A stretch of DNA of 64,000 nucleotides, taken from Klebsormidium nitens (taxonomy: Eukaryota > Plantae > Klebsormidiophyceae). The DNA is taken from contig DF236978.1 of the NCBI GenBank assembly GCA_000708835.1, positions 186,001 through 250,000 of the forward strand. The letters run 5' to 3'. The notes under the pieces are model-generated. The model was not told the DNA's origin, did no database searches, and worked only from the letters and a program-made list of their open reading frames with translations. Position 1 is the first letter of the stretch, and each line of letters begins with the position of its first letter. The translations under genes and the position numbers were made by a program. This document shows, in pieces, positions 49,301 through 61,236 of the stretch.

Positions 49301-52300
49301 GAAGGATTGTTAGCGATGGGCGCTGGAACGGAAAGAACTCGCAGATTATCTGCAAAGATCTTGCGTGATCCGCGATTTCGCGATTTGGGGCCGTTTGAGT
49401 GGTTGAGCTGCCGTTGAATGCTGGTGGTAAAATTCTGATTGCACGCGCGATAGGTTGCTGATTAAAGTCGACCACATAGGATCGATCGCTGGAATCGGTC
49501 AAGGACTTCAATGGAGCTAGGCCTCTCCCCGGCCTCTCGGTGATCAAGGCAAGCCTGAAAACTCAGCGCTGGTCCGACGATTCAAGAAATCTTTGGGCGC
49601 GGATTCAGCTCCAAGATTTGGAAAAGTCTACACTACAAGGGGCGGTGGGTCGTTGTCGGACGGGAGCTTTAAACAAAAGACAACCGCGACAGACAGCTTA
49701 AGCTAGCCGTGGAATGACCTAGGACTTGGTTGGTGTGAGGTTGCTTTGGGTTTGCAGGCGCACTTAGAACATGATCATTTTCCTTCCTCTGATCAATGTG
49801 CTGAAATCTCAACTTGTGCTTAACGTAAGTGATGAAGATTTGCAGGCTCTTGATGTACCTTAAGAATCCCCCGGTGATTGACACCGAAGTTGTGAGTCAG
49901 CGCGCTCACAGTATCGCAGCCACAGCCCGGTGTGAATGTCCCAGTTGGCCCAGATCGCCGCGGGATGCTCCGCCAGCTCGACGCCCCAGAAGTGGAAGTT
50001 CGTCGCTCCCGCCCTGCATTGAGAACAGACCGGATGGTGCAAAACTTATGAAAAATAATATCCAGTCATCGTAAAACCTAAGCGGAGCTATTCAGAAGCA
50101 GAATTGTGGCCAGGTGTCAGATGAAAGCACCTTTGAACCTTGGCAGACTCGGCTTGAGTCAAAGCGCGCAATTAGTAATTGGAAGAAAGAGACGAAGACA
50201 GAGTAGCATGATCCGTGTATCACTAGACCGGCGTATGATCGTCGGCATACGCACACAAGCTCAGAGCGCGTCCTTGAACGATCCCAGAGCCATAGATTCT
50301 CTACTGATTCTCAGTAATCAGCTTTTCTAAAAGTTTGACAGTCTTGCTGGATTCAGAGCCTGACTGTACGCAGCACTTGTTCCAAGGCACGCTTCCCAAG
50401 CCTTGCGCGATGTGAAGAGATCCGTTGAGAGCCTTCCGAGCGCACTGAAAAGTAGAAGTAGTACCCTGTTTTGGGGGTCAGAACAGGTAGCACGGGTGCG
50501 GAAGACGCCTGATATAGCGTACTTCCATCCGTATCAAGTGATACGGAGCGTCTGAATCGAACCCATTTCTCAAGGTCTTCGCGATCGAACATCAACAACT
50601 TTTGCTTATCGCGTGCCTCCTGACCCCTCAAGCCCAAGACGGACACTTGTCCGGCGACTTTGACCTGGGGCACCCGGGCAGAAAGTCGCCGGCAAACGAC
50701 ACCAACAGCGCGGTCATCACGTTCATGACTCCTTTTCGACACAGGCTTCGACGAACGCACTTGCGGCGGATCTTTATCTTCGCAAGGGTGGGTTTGTCCC
50801 CTAAAATCCTGAAACCCTAAGACTCTAAGACCCTGAAACCTTAAAAAACTTAAAACCCTCAAACCTGACCAGGAGCAAGAGGAAATCAGTTCTCACCGCC
50901 TGATCTTTCCATCCGGAGACTGTGACAGCGCTTGTTGAGAGGCCGGTTTTCCGTTGTGCCGCAAACCGAGGAGTTGCGCCCCACACATCCAATCAAGAAG
51001 CCAAATTGGGCGACATTACAGTAGGGAAACCAAGCAAAACGACAGCAAGGAGGGCGTCTTGTTGTGCGACCCGAGAAGCCCTGTTCCAGTAGTCAGATGC
51101 TCTTTGAGGCGCAAAATACGGCGAGATTCAGCAGAAAATCCCGCCAATAAGTGGCCGAGAAGGCCCAACAGGGGGGCTTTCCGTCCGGCCACCCTAAGAA
51201 GCCCCGCCACAAAACCAGGTACTGAAGGCCAAATCGGGCGATGTTCGAGCAGGGGAAGCGAGGCAAAAGGTCGCCGAGCAGGCCTCACCAGGAGGGCTTC
51301 CCGTCGTGCCACCCCGAGAAGCCGCGCCCCGAGATAATCCAGGCCGCCTCGAAGAACGACCACATAGCATATACCCGGAGGCGACGGTGCTCAAACACGA
51401 GCAGTTGGTAACCCAGCCTGCGGGGCAGATTATGAATAAATGTGTCAACTTTCTGATTTGAATATGATTTTGCGATATCGGGAACTGTGCAGACCAAGAC
51501 GGAGGAGACAGTGATGAAACAAGTCTTCCCCTACGATCGACATGAGCTGCAAGAATGGTAGAGTTATTTTGCCGTGCAAAGACGAACCCACTCCCAAAAA
51601 CCAGACAATTGGTACCCGGACCGTCCCTAACCCCCAAGCTATCAAGCTAACCCAACCCTGGCTTGCCGTTGCTATCCAAACGGCTTATCATGCAAAGGAA
51701 AAAAAAGTCCCAGCACCAAGGTTCGGATGAATGCAGGCGCGGAACATGCATAGCGCAAGCAGAGAATCAGCAATATGCGAACCGGTTGTAAAAACCTTTT
51801 CTCACCGTCGCCAGAAGGAGTACTTGTGATGGTACGTCGATGACTTGATGAAGGCGACCGGAGCTACGTGGATGGTTTTCTGGGTCACGTAGCCCAGCAC
51901 GGCGGTGCGCGCGAGTGCGGTCAGGGTTGCTGGAAGCGGGTTAGGGGCCTTCTCGTTTGGACTCCACCGCTGGATGAAAGACGGAGGGCCCCGGAGCTAA
52001 CTTAGGTTCGCAGTCGTAAATGCGTATCAGATACAGTATAATGGAGTCTAGTGTTCTTGGCAAAGTGACTCAGTGCGTAGCCGGGAAGCTGCGCCAGAGG
52101 GTTTGTGTGTGGCAGTTGATCCACTGTAAAGCAAATCCGAAACCATTCTGGCCAACCTTTTCAGTAGGTTCAAGCCAAAAGATGCGTAGAAGGAGAGTAG
52201 AACATATTATGACGACCGATTCCTATAAAGGAAGCCCTAAAGAAAATTACTAGAACAAGGGGTGTGGTTTATAGTGGTCGGTGCAGACCTCGAAGACATT

Positions 52301-54137
52301 ACAGTCGGCTACGCTCAACTTCGTAACATAAACAGAGACCTTCGCTCAGGCAGATAGAACCAGAGCCTCTCAGAAGCCAACAACGGCGCAACGCTCACCC
52401 CTTCTCTCTTGGTGAATTGGCTGTAGTCGACGAGGTGTATGTGAGGCCCTGTTGACATGTACCCCTGACTCACGAAGCCCAGGTACTCCAGTACGCTGGG
52501 CAGCGACGTGACCCGAAACAGGGCCTGCGTCTTGGTCAGCTGATCCTTGGGAAGCAGACCGTCCTGGTAATTGAAGGCGAGCCTTGAGCCGAGCCTTAGA
52601 ACCAGTACCGAGAAGGAGCCTGTGCACAAAAGGTGAAGCGGGGTTGATCACTCGACAGGGTTCTTCAGTGTCAATTGTTTCATTTCTGTAGGATCCTGCA
52701 CATATGTAGCGGGGCTAAAGCCAGGGGTCTACAGGGTTGATACCGTGTCTTCTGCGCTGACTTCGAAGAGGACTTGGAATTGCAAAACTAGAAGGGCCAG
52801 TACTTTTGAGAGCGGACAATGCCCACAGAGGAGAGGTTATATCACCCCCTTTCAACCATGGTAGGGTGACTCGCACGCCTCGACAGTATGGGATTGGACA
52901 CAGCATTCTCGGTTGACAAAATCGTGTCTGGATTTACAACTTGTGCGGATACTTCCATCTTATATGGAATTAGACTGTTCCTAGACTTTCTATGACTAGA
53001 ATCTGACTGGCAATGGCGAGACAAGACCCTGCAGAATGTTTTGACCTCACTGTCATTTGGAAGAAGCTGTTTGCTTACCAACAAAAGGGAAGCTGCCTCT
53101 ATAGTAGCCCCGATACAGCCAGTGACTGGATTCAAGAGCAATCGGAAGGGTCAGCCAAGCTCGGGAACCCAGTGTTGAACCAGAGGTGGACTCGGTCTGT
53201 CCAAGGTAGCTAGCCCCTCTTATCAGTTCTGAAAGCTGGGGGCATTAGAACTTTGACCAGAATGTTGTTTAAAATCCAGAACGAGCGAACGCCAAAGTGG
53301 CGTTGTTGACATATAGGTTCCTGCCAACGAAATCAAAAATCCTAAAGATTGACCACCTTGCTAGCGTTCTAAAGGTTCCAGACCCTAGCTTTTGATTGGT
53401 CAGTCCCTCTGTAACAGAAAAAAGCTCTTTAAGCTGTGCACGAGGGTGGGAGATCAACCCAACCGCGAGTTTACACAGGTTCTAGGAGACTCACTTAAGC
53501 TGGCTATTTCTCAAGTCTGCTCGTGGCGGAGTCAAGTGAGTCAAATTGACCGGGTTTGAAATTTGCCAAGAAGATCTGATAGAGAACTTGCAGTATACTT
53601 GGAGCTTGATGGTTGTGTTTGATCTTGCAGTAGGTGCGTCTCCGCAAGAGAACTTGACTTACGAACAGCAAGTGCAAATTGAAACCAAGCTGAGAAGCCC
53701 TTCTAAAAGGTTACTCAGGTATGTATGAGCTTGGAAGATTGCACCTTGTACGATCGAAAGAGGGATCCCCCCATTTTTGATTGAATGTGACCCCCCATTG
53801 ATTTTCATCTCTTTGGAGCAAGTGTAGGGGGCGCTTACCACCAGGTTATGTGTGCAAACCCCACCCACGTCACGATCACCCCACACCGCCGCCGGTGGAG
53901 CAGCATAACTGTGTACGATACGGCTATGATGAATGCAAAATGTGGCGCCGCCTCAGGATGGAGAATTCTGAGCATGACTGCTGCCGTTAAGATTGAGTAC
54001 AGGTGGCGCGCAGTGGCAGTAGGGACGAATCGGTGGATGAGCCCCAGGGGGGCGCAGGAAAAGAAGCAGGCGTACTGGATTGCGGTCGGGTTAAGGTGGA
54101 CGAGGCCATGATGTGGGACAGCATCCTGTGGCGCCAT
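46360..54137 (-). CDS. LPCAT: MBOAT-family lysophospholipid acyltransferase (LPLAT/LPCAT-like), multi-exon
   Basis: Colinear exons resembling plant LPLAT1/2: first exon 54137-53839 (RHLYS...RRRCGVI), RLAFNYQDGLL...LPSVLEYLG...GP, FFEAAWIISGRGFSGW, GVELAE...WDIHTGLWLRY, VYDRL...SFVWH|G (catalytic His), GPYLGQALF, and a final exon LTFRDIWRAFGSIYY ending at 46360. Confidence 0.87.
47767..48600. mobile_element. ~830-bp TIR-bounded non-coding element with telomere-like and GGTC repeats, in an LPCAT intron
   Basis: 27-bp perfect inverted repeat (47771-47797 vs 48570-48596), extendable to ~36 bp with 2 mismatches. Internal ~120-bp diverged direct repeat rich in TTAGGG, and three GGTCCGGCGGTCGGTCGGTCCGCCT blocks. 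No clean TSD. Confidence 0.65.
50798..50867. repeat. Degenerate telomere-like (AAACCCT-type) tract within the LPCAT locus
   Basis: cctaaaatcctgaaaccctaagactctaagaccctgaaaccttaaaaaacttaaaaccctcaaacc: imperfect ~7-9-nt units, including one AAACCCTAA telo-box. Confidence 0.45.
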
Positions 54138-56048
54138 TGCAGGCTGCCGGCACTTTTGAGCTTCAGCGCTGCATGTCTTGTCTCTAAAAACGGCAGTGCA
54201 AGTGGCAATTCTCAGGCATTGTTTAGCAGAGACCTTGGCTGGTCGCTTTTGTGTGTCAAGGTCTCTCGAAGCTCCATAATTATAATGCAGCTATCTACCA
54301 ATCCATCCGCACATCAGATGGCCCGTACTAGCCATATTAAGGGACATGTCAATCGAGAAAGCTGCCAATGCTCCAATGCTGGTGGCCTGCTCTGAGTCTG
54401 ACGAGAAGCTGCATTTGCACGGCGCAAGAATGCAGGCGTGTGAGACTAGGGATACGTCTCCGGAGGTGAGAGAGGTGACAGCTCAGTTGGACAGGCAGCT
54501 GTTTTCAATGGGTCTCCGCTTCAAATTCTGCTCGTTGGCTGCTGGTTGTGCAAGCTGATCTGGATAGCGTTCTGAGCACCGGTTCGAGAAGAGAGAACCA
54601 CTGGAACTTGGAAGATGGGTCGTCGTGCAAAAAGGTCAAAGCACTGCATGCACTGCACTAGGATAGTGTTAATAGGCCGGTAGTGCTCTGTGTTTGCATG
54701 CACTCTCACGACTGCCATACCCGGCACAAGCTGCGCTACGCATCGACCGCAGGGTGGCATTTGAGAAGGATATGCGGCTCATCTCTTCCAATGAGATAGT
54801 CGCGGCAGTGGTTCAGGTAGCATAGGGAAAAGTTAAGGCCCGGGGAACGGGTACGGTTAAGTTGGCGGTTTTTAAACTACCGTAGGTACGTGTTTCTGTA
54901 GGGGTGCGGAGCGCATAAACTTGCCGGTTTGGATTTTGGTTTTGTCCTACCCCGGGGACTGTCTGTTGTCCTTTCTGAGAGTTAGGTATCAAGACGGTAA
55001 GTTATTATACCTGCCGCTTATTATTCCTAAATTAGTCCGAGTTTGAAGTTTCGACACCACCAAGTTTGCGAGCTCGAGGCACCGGTTGTGGAACAGTAGC
55101 ATTTAAATTTTATAGCTGTCTGACCGCCCGGACTGCTCGTGTCACTTGTCAGAGAAACTGAGGTACAGAATGATTACACTGGCATTAACACTTTTCAAGT
55201 GCAGTGCTATCATCTATGTACGGTACTACTTGCGTCGGTGACGGTCGGTCGTATGATACTGGTAACTCCGGAGTGACTCCGGTCGTATGACGTCATAGAC
55301 ACATCCGATAATTTACATTTGAAAGAAATGAGGTTTGCATCATGTTGACATGATGACATCATCATGTCTGTACTAGCGAGCTCGATCGATCGCTAAAGGC
55401 GCTCTTGGTTGCACAACTACCTAACTACCTAATCACTGAACTTGCCTCTTAACCCACGCGGTCCAAGCCTCAAGGTGGCCGGGAGCGTGGAACGAAGGAC
55501 CGGCTCTAACTACCGGGAATGAGAAGCTGAAGTTGAACAGGTTGAAGTGGTCGGTCAGCTCCGCAACATACCGGGAGTGATAACCCAGTCTATGTAGATC
55601 TGGTTGAGGGTTTTAACCTTTTTTCCAAGTGCGTAAACTCTACGGTCAATCTAAAATTCTGATTCTACTTCCGCCATGCGCCTCGGTTAGGCATTTCCGG
55701 CGACTTTTTGAATACTCTTTCACCAAAACATTCGCCCTAGGCAGACGTCCCGAGTATTCATCTTCGACGGGCTCTTTACATGGCTGTAGATTCTGTTCGA
55801 TAGCATTGACGTGAGGTACGACCCGTCACAAGATTCTGTCGCTAAATGTGGAATTGCCTGAGCGCGCTGTATCAAACCCGGCGGTTTCGACGATAAACGC
55901 GAATTTATGTAGAAACAGGGCAGTATTCTGAGAAGTTCATGCAGTAACAACGCTACTACGGTAGTCCAGTAGCAACGTCATACCTATTACCGGTATCACC
56001 CAAGTGAGCTAGGTACCTAGGTAATAGGTATAACTTTTACTGTCATTA

Positions 56049-56130
56049 GTGGTCAACTTTCATTATGGTGGTGGTCAACTTTCATTAGTGGTCAACTTCA
56101 TAAATACTGTCGATACCGTCGTGGTCAACT
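56049..56130. promoter_or_regulatory. Cluster of four GTGGTCAACT motifs (each contains the W-box TTGACC on the minus strand) upstream of Root_cap gene B
   Basis: Exact 10-mers at 56049, 56071, 56088 and 56121, 190-270 bp upstream of the ATG at 56319. The regulatory role is inferred. Confidence 0.5.
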
Positions 56131-56318
56131 AGAAATCTGTGAAGGGGAACTTGTTCTTATACTAATAGCTGCTAATAATTGGCCGCTCTGACCCAGCAGC
56201 TTAAATACCTACCTACCTTGCGGAACGACATTCAGCTGTTCAGGCGCTGAGCAGTGAGCAGCTCACCATTTGCAGTAATACTCCTCAGATTCTAGCTTGA
56301 CGGAAGCGGGAGGAAGTC

Positions 56319-59300
56319 ATGGTGTCGACTGATCGTGCGCGCCGCTCGCCAATGGAGCTGTTGCTCGTAGTCCTTGGAGTCGTGCTGCTGACCTGTGGGG
56401 CTCCCGTGCTGGGGATTCTTCCCGGAGGAGGCGGAGGTACCAGAGTGAAAAAACTCCAACTTTTACTTCTTCTTTCAAGTTGAGCTGTTGATTGGTTGTT
56501 TGCCTTCGAGTCCATGTGCTTCTGCATGCAACTTCTGGAACGTTATTGACCGGCTGACCCCTGAATGGTTTTGATATCTATGACTGGCAAAGTTTACCAT
56601 GGCGAGTACAATCACATTTTTCTGGGTTTGTGCTTCATTCTGGAGCCCTCCTAACGCCTTGGCTAAGTTTAGCCTTTTCTGGACGGAACCGTCTAGTCAG
56701 GGGCTGGTCACTTCTTGAACATATCCAGCCAATGCTTTGAAGGATTCTCCCCCTTTCCCCCCAAGATTCTCAACATATTAATCCACAGTAGAAGTCCGAT
56801 CATATGGAATGGGCCTGAGTCAAGCAGGTCAATATGGTGGCAGTGGGTCCAGAAGATTTCACTGACTGCAATATTGAAAAATGGCAGGGACTGCTTGTAG
56901 GTATACCCAATAAGAGGAGACAGAAAGTGGAGGAAAGGCAGGGCAAAGTGTGGAGGATCTTAGACAGAGGGACCTCTGTTATTAAGAAGAGGGCTCTTTT
57001 GACGACCCAAGATCTGACTCAACTTTCCCTCAACAGGATTCTTGTCCAGGTTTCTCGGCCCTTTGTTGAGTCTCTTCTCAAAGGGTTTTCACAAAGTTAT
57101 CAAAACATACCAACTGGCACAATAGTGTGTTCTTGTTGATAACTTGACACTTGCCCATGCATGGTCAAGGGTTTGACCAAGGAGCCGATGTATGCTTGAC
57201 ATCAAGAAGTGCAGGACCGTAACAAAGGGCTGCTCATCCCTCAAGACTAAAGCCTTTTCTATCAAGAAATGTACAAAGAAATTTGCTTCTCTGTTTGGAG
57301 GTCCAGCCTGCTTGAAAAATGAAGAGGTTTGGCATGTCATCAACACATAGAACTGAGGAATTCCTTGTCGATTCTGCAGACCCCCACATGTTTGGCCTCC
57401 AGGGGGAGAAGTTTGACTGGCATGGTTATCCTGGCGAATCTTTCTGCATGATCAGCGACTCCAACATCCAGATCAACACGCACCTGATTGGTCAAAACGG
57501 CGTGACTTACTTTGATGGTAAGCCCCACAACGATGTTGACGGTTTGCAGTATCAGAAGGGCCACAGTCCTGGAGCACTCTTAGGAGCATAGGGATTGTTC
57601 GAAGGAACTACTGAACTCGGTGCAAGAGAAAGACCAGATGCTACAATGTGGCGCTCTTATCCATCAGAACAGTGTAGTCTAAGCTCCAACATAAGATACT
57701 GGAGTAGCACGCCATGCCTTTCAGCGGTTCCCAGCTTCTCTGATGTGAAGAGACTGCACTCTCCAACATTGGGGTTGAGAGGTAGCAACCAAATGGCTTT
57801 GTAGGAAGCGTCTTAAAACCTGTAAGGTGGGTCTTGTGAGCTGCTGATGTGTTGCTTTGGAAGAGGAATAGGTCCCCGGAATCTGAGAATGGAGCGTTGC
57901 AAATGCTGACTAGCCAATCATTTCTTGCCGAAGTCCAAAGTGCCCAGCCAGTCAAGGAAGTTCAAACATGATGCAGCATTGCGGGCAGGGGACAAATGAG
58001 CGCTTTGACAGTCCTCAGTGGGTCCATTGGTAGGATTTGCGACTCCTCTTTTTCTCCTGTCACGCAGTTGTATCACGTCAGAGCCTTAGCTCTCCTAGAC
58101 TTGACTTAAGTAGCCCTTTCTTTCTGTTGCCTTTCCAAGCATAGGAAAGTTAGTCTCCTTAACAATAACCCTAACTTTGAGAAGAGAGAAGTGGAGAAGA
58201 GAACAAGAGTTGTTAAGTGACGATTGTTCTTTGCAGCAATTGCGGTGCTGTACAAGATTGGGGATACTCAGCACGAAGTCAGCCTCCAGCTGAATCAGGT
58301 AAACAGTCTAGAATCCTCAATGACCCAATTCGCTCTCGTTCCACTAAAGTCAAAGGTGTCGTCGAATTTTTTCGCTCACTTGAAGCACGGTTGTGGGAAC
58401 CTAAACATATCTTCTGCGTGTGCTCTTAGTGAACATGTAAAGCAAGAGCGGACGTGATGTCCACAAGGTCTCACTACGAGGGCGAGGATTCACATGTCAT
58501 CTGTAAGGCAATCTCTTTTCAAACCGCCAAGTCCGCTGTAGCCTTCATTCTCTTGTTGGATCCATGCGAACTTGAAAGTCATAGTCATCCGTCCAGAGTC
58601 TCTTCAAAAACAGCATGCCACTCGCACAGCCACTATAAATGATAGCCCGGTTTAAGATCGTTGTGAGGCCACATCGATCTTAAACCTATTCGGGTTTTCA
58701 GGCTTTTTTGGTCTTAAACGTTGTGTCAGACCATTTTGATCTTAAAAGCTGAATTTCTGAGATCAAAACGGCCTCAGCAAACGATCTTGAACCGGGTACT
58801 GATTTATAGTGAGCCCTAAACCCGTCCAAACAGTCAGAATACGTGAGGACCCGGTTCTTAAGAAAGGCTCCAACTGAAAAGTCCCCTTAATAAGTTGACA
58901 TGCGCCCTTAAAACTGACTCCGGATTGTTTCAATTTTGGCTGAAATGTCCCCTTCCTCAGAACTCATCTCCTTCCTTTGCGTACTGAAAAGTGGTAATAA
59001 CATGGGGTCTTGAATAACTGTAATATGTTCAATTTCTCAGGATGTCTCCTCCGACGACGATGCCAACTTCGCCATCACTTTGGATGGGCGACCCATCGCG
59101 CCTGACGCTTTCACCGGGCACTCCGTCTGCGATAAATTCGGCCCCCTCCGGGTGTTCTCGTCTCCCGGCGCGGGGATCGAGCTCTCCATGGCGGAAGAGA
59201 ACGGTTTCGCCGTCGTTCTCGTTGTCGAAGGCCTGGCCAACATCACGATCACCACCGAACGCCACGACATGCCCGCCGGTACGTGGCATCATCTCAGGCT

Positions 59301-61236
59301 GACACGTGGCTTTAAGAGATGATCCGGTCGGGTTCGTGAAGGGCGGAGATCTCATGCTGACACGTGGCTTTCTCAGGGTTTTTCTCGACCTTGTTTCAGT
59401 GCAGTCCGAGCTCTTACTATAAGGGCTTCTTCTGAGGGTCGAGGGATTCTTGCGAGTTCCTGATTGCTCTCAGGCCCCGCCCCTTTGATTTGCTTATCCG
59501 AAAGCTTGCAAGGTAAGAGAACTCACAGCAAACGAAGTTTTGAAGACGGTTTCTCTGGCGCGCAGGCAAGCATCTCGACTGGTTCATCGACTGGATTCAC
59601 GCGACTTCCGAAGTGCACGGCGTTTTGGGGCAGACCTTCCAGGTAAGGGCGGGGAGTCGTTGATGGAAGACTTTGAACGACGGGATGCTCTGTGCGGGAG
59701 GGATCTGAACGTAGGGTTGAAGACCAGATTTGGGACCCTTTTGAGATCCTCATGTATAGAAGAATACTGTGGCGGGCGATAGCGAATGCCATTATTGGCC
59801 AAGAGAGACAGCCTTGCGTTCCCGTTACCAAGCGTCCCAATTATCAAACCAAGATTCTGCCCTCTTCAAATCAAATCGACAAAGGAAGCAGAATTCTGCA
59901 TCAATCCCTTACCAAGACGTATCCTTTTCTCATGACACCTACTCCTTCTGGCCGTTAACACTTCGTTTGGCGGCCTCCTCATATCCGCATGGAAGCGCAA
60001 TAGCCGCACTCGATCTAACAGACGCACAGTGCAAGTTGTTTCTGAAGGCGTTTTACAGCAGGGTCTCTCATTCCGGACAGGCACGATCCCTTCATTCGAA
60101 AGACGGATTACTCAATCTCGGAGTCTATGCAGCCCTCCCGTGCGGACGCCATCGCAGCAGCTATGAAGGTGAACGGCCCCCAGATGCAGGCCGCTGACGT
60201 CGTGAGTCCCCTTCCTTTCTTGTCCGTTCCGTTTTGTGGCCGTTTGAGATGGGCTGGGCCGAAGCACAGTCCGAGTTTGATCCGGTCAGCATTCTGCAAT
60301 ATGATGATAATGCGAGGAACGCTCCTTGGATGTTGCGACATCGCCTGAGCGCAATTCTGTTTGGCTTTCATCAGCTTGAAGCGCTTGCTCCAAAGAAAGC
60401 TTCCTATAAATTCTAGCTGGTCAAGAGATAAGTGTCGACCTTTCTCTTGCTAACCAGTCCTGATGTACCCTCGAGCATGCTGCTCGGATATCCCGTGCCA
60501 TCATCCGAAAGCCATGATCGACGCTTGGTTCAGAGCGGTCAGCCACTCATATACAACCTCTTCGAGAAATATCGACTCTTTTGAAGCAACTTGCTTACTC
60601 TAGCCTTGACAAAGATTTAAAGCGGCTGCAAAATGGGCTATCCATCTGCTTCCCAGGTCGAAGGATCCGACGACGAGTACCGCACGTCGACCCTGCTGGC
60701 GCCCGACTGTGCGCGCGGCCGCTTTGGCGCAAATTCTGACAGCCACGCACAAAAGTTCGGACTGTTAGAAGTATTTGCGCNNNNNNNNNNNNNNNNNNNN
60801 NNNNNNNNNNNNNNNNNNNNNNNNNNNNNNNNNNNNNNNNNNNNNNNNNNNNNNNNNNNNNNNNNNNNNNNNNNNNNNNNNNNNNNNNNNNNNNNNNNNN
60901 NNNNNNNNNNNNNNNNNNNNNNNNNNNNNNNNNNNNNNNNNNNNNNNNNNNNNNNNNNNNNNNNNNNNNNNNNNNNNNNNNNNNNNNNNNNNNNNNNNNN
61001 NNNNNNNNNNNNNNNNNNNNNNNNNNNNNNNNNNNNNNNNNNNNNNNNNNNNNNNNNNNNNNNNNNNNNNNNNNNNNNNNNNNNNNNNNNNNNNNNNNNN
61101 NNNNNNNNNNNGTTTTTGACTTCTCGCCGTTGGGCGCCGTCTTCTCACCTTCGTGGAAGGGACCACCGCGTTCCCGATCACCGTTAAGAACGCGGGTTGC
61201 GCCTCGGGGTCCTCCGCCGCCTGCAACCTCGGGTGA
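56319..61236 (+). CDS. Root_cap/LEA-related, VWD-like secreted protein, paralog B (~307 aa if repaired); lacks the Pro/Thr stalk; last exon interrupted
   Basis: Exons 56319-56436, 57380-57517, 58237-58298, 59041-59278, 59566-59642, 60133-60201, and 60657-60763 + 61122-61236. Exons 2-7 have the same lengths as paralog A (138, 62, 238, 77, 69, 222) once the insert is removed. Confidence 0.85.
58646..58796. repeat. ~150-bp imperfect hairpin (possible MITE relic) in intron 3 of Root_cap gene B
   Basis: cccggtttaagatcgttgtgaggcc (58646-58670) pairs with ggcctcagcaaacgatcttgaaccggg (58770-58796); repeated gatcttaaa/ggtcttaaa motifs inside. Confidence 0.45.
60764..61117. mobile_element. Unassembled insertion (probable TE) in the last coding exon of Root_cap gene B
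   Basis: Flanked by GACT (60760-60763 and 61118-61121). Removing it restores a 222-nt exon colinear with paralog A. The left end reads (T)GTTAGAAG; the interior is N. Confidence 0.5.
60781..61111. other. Assembly gap (331 N)
   Basis: Run of N read directly. Confidence 1.
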
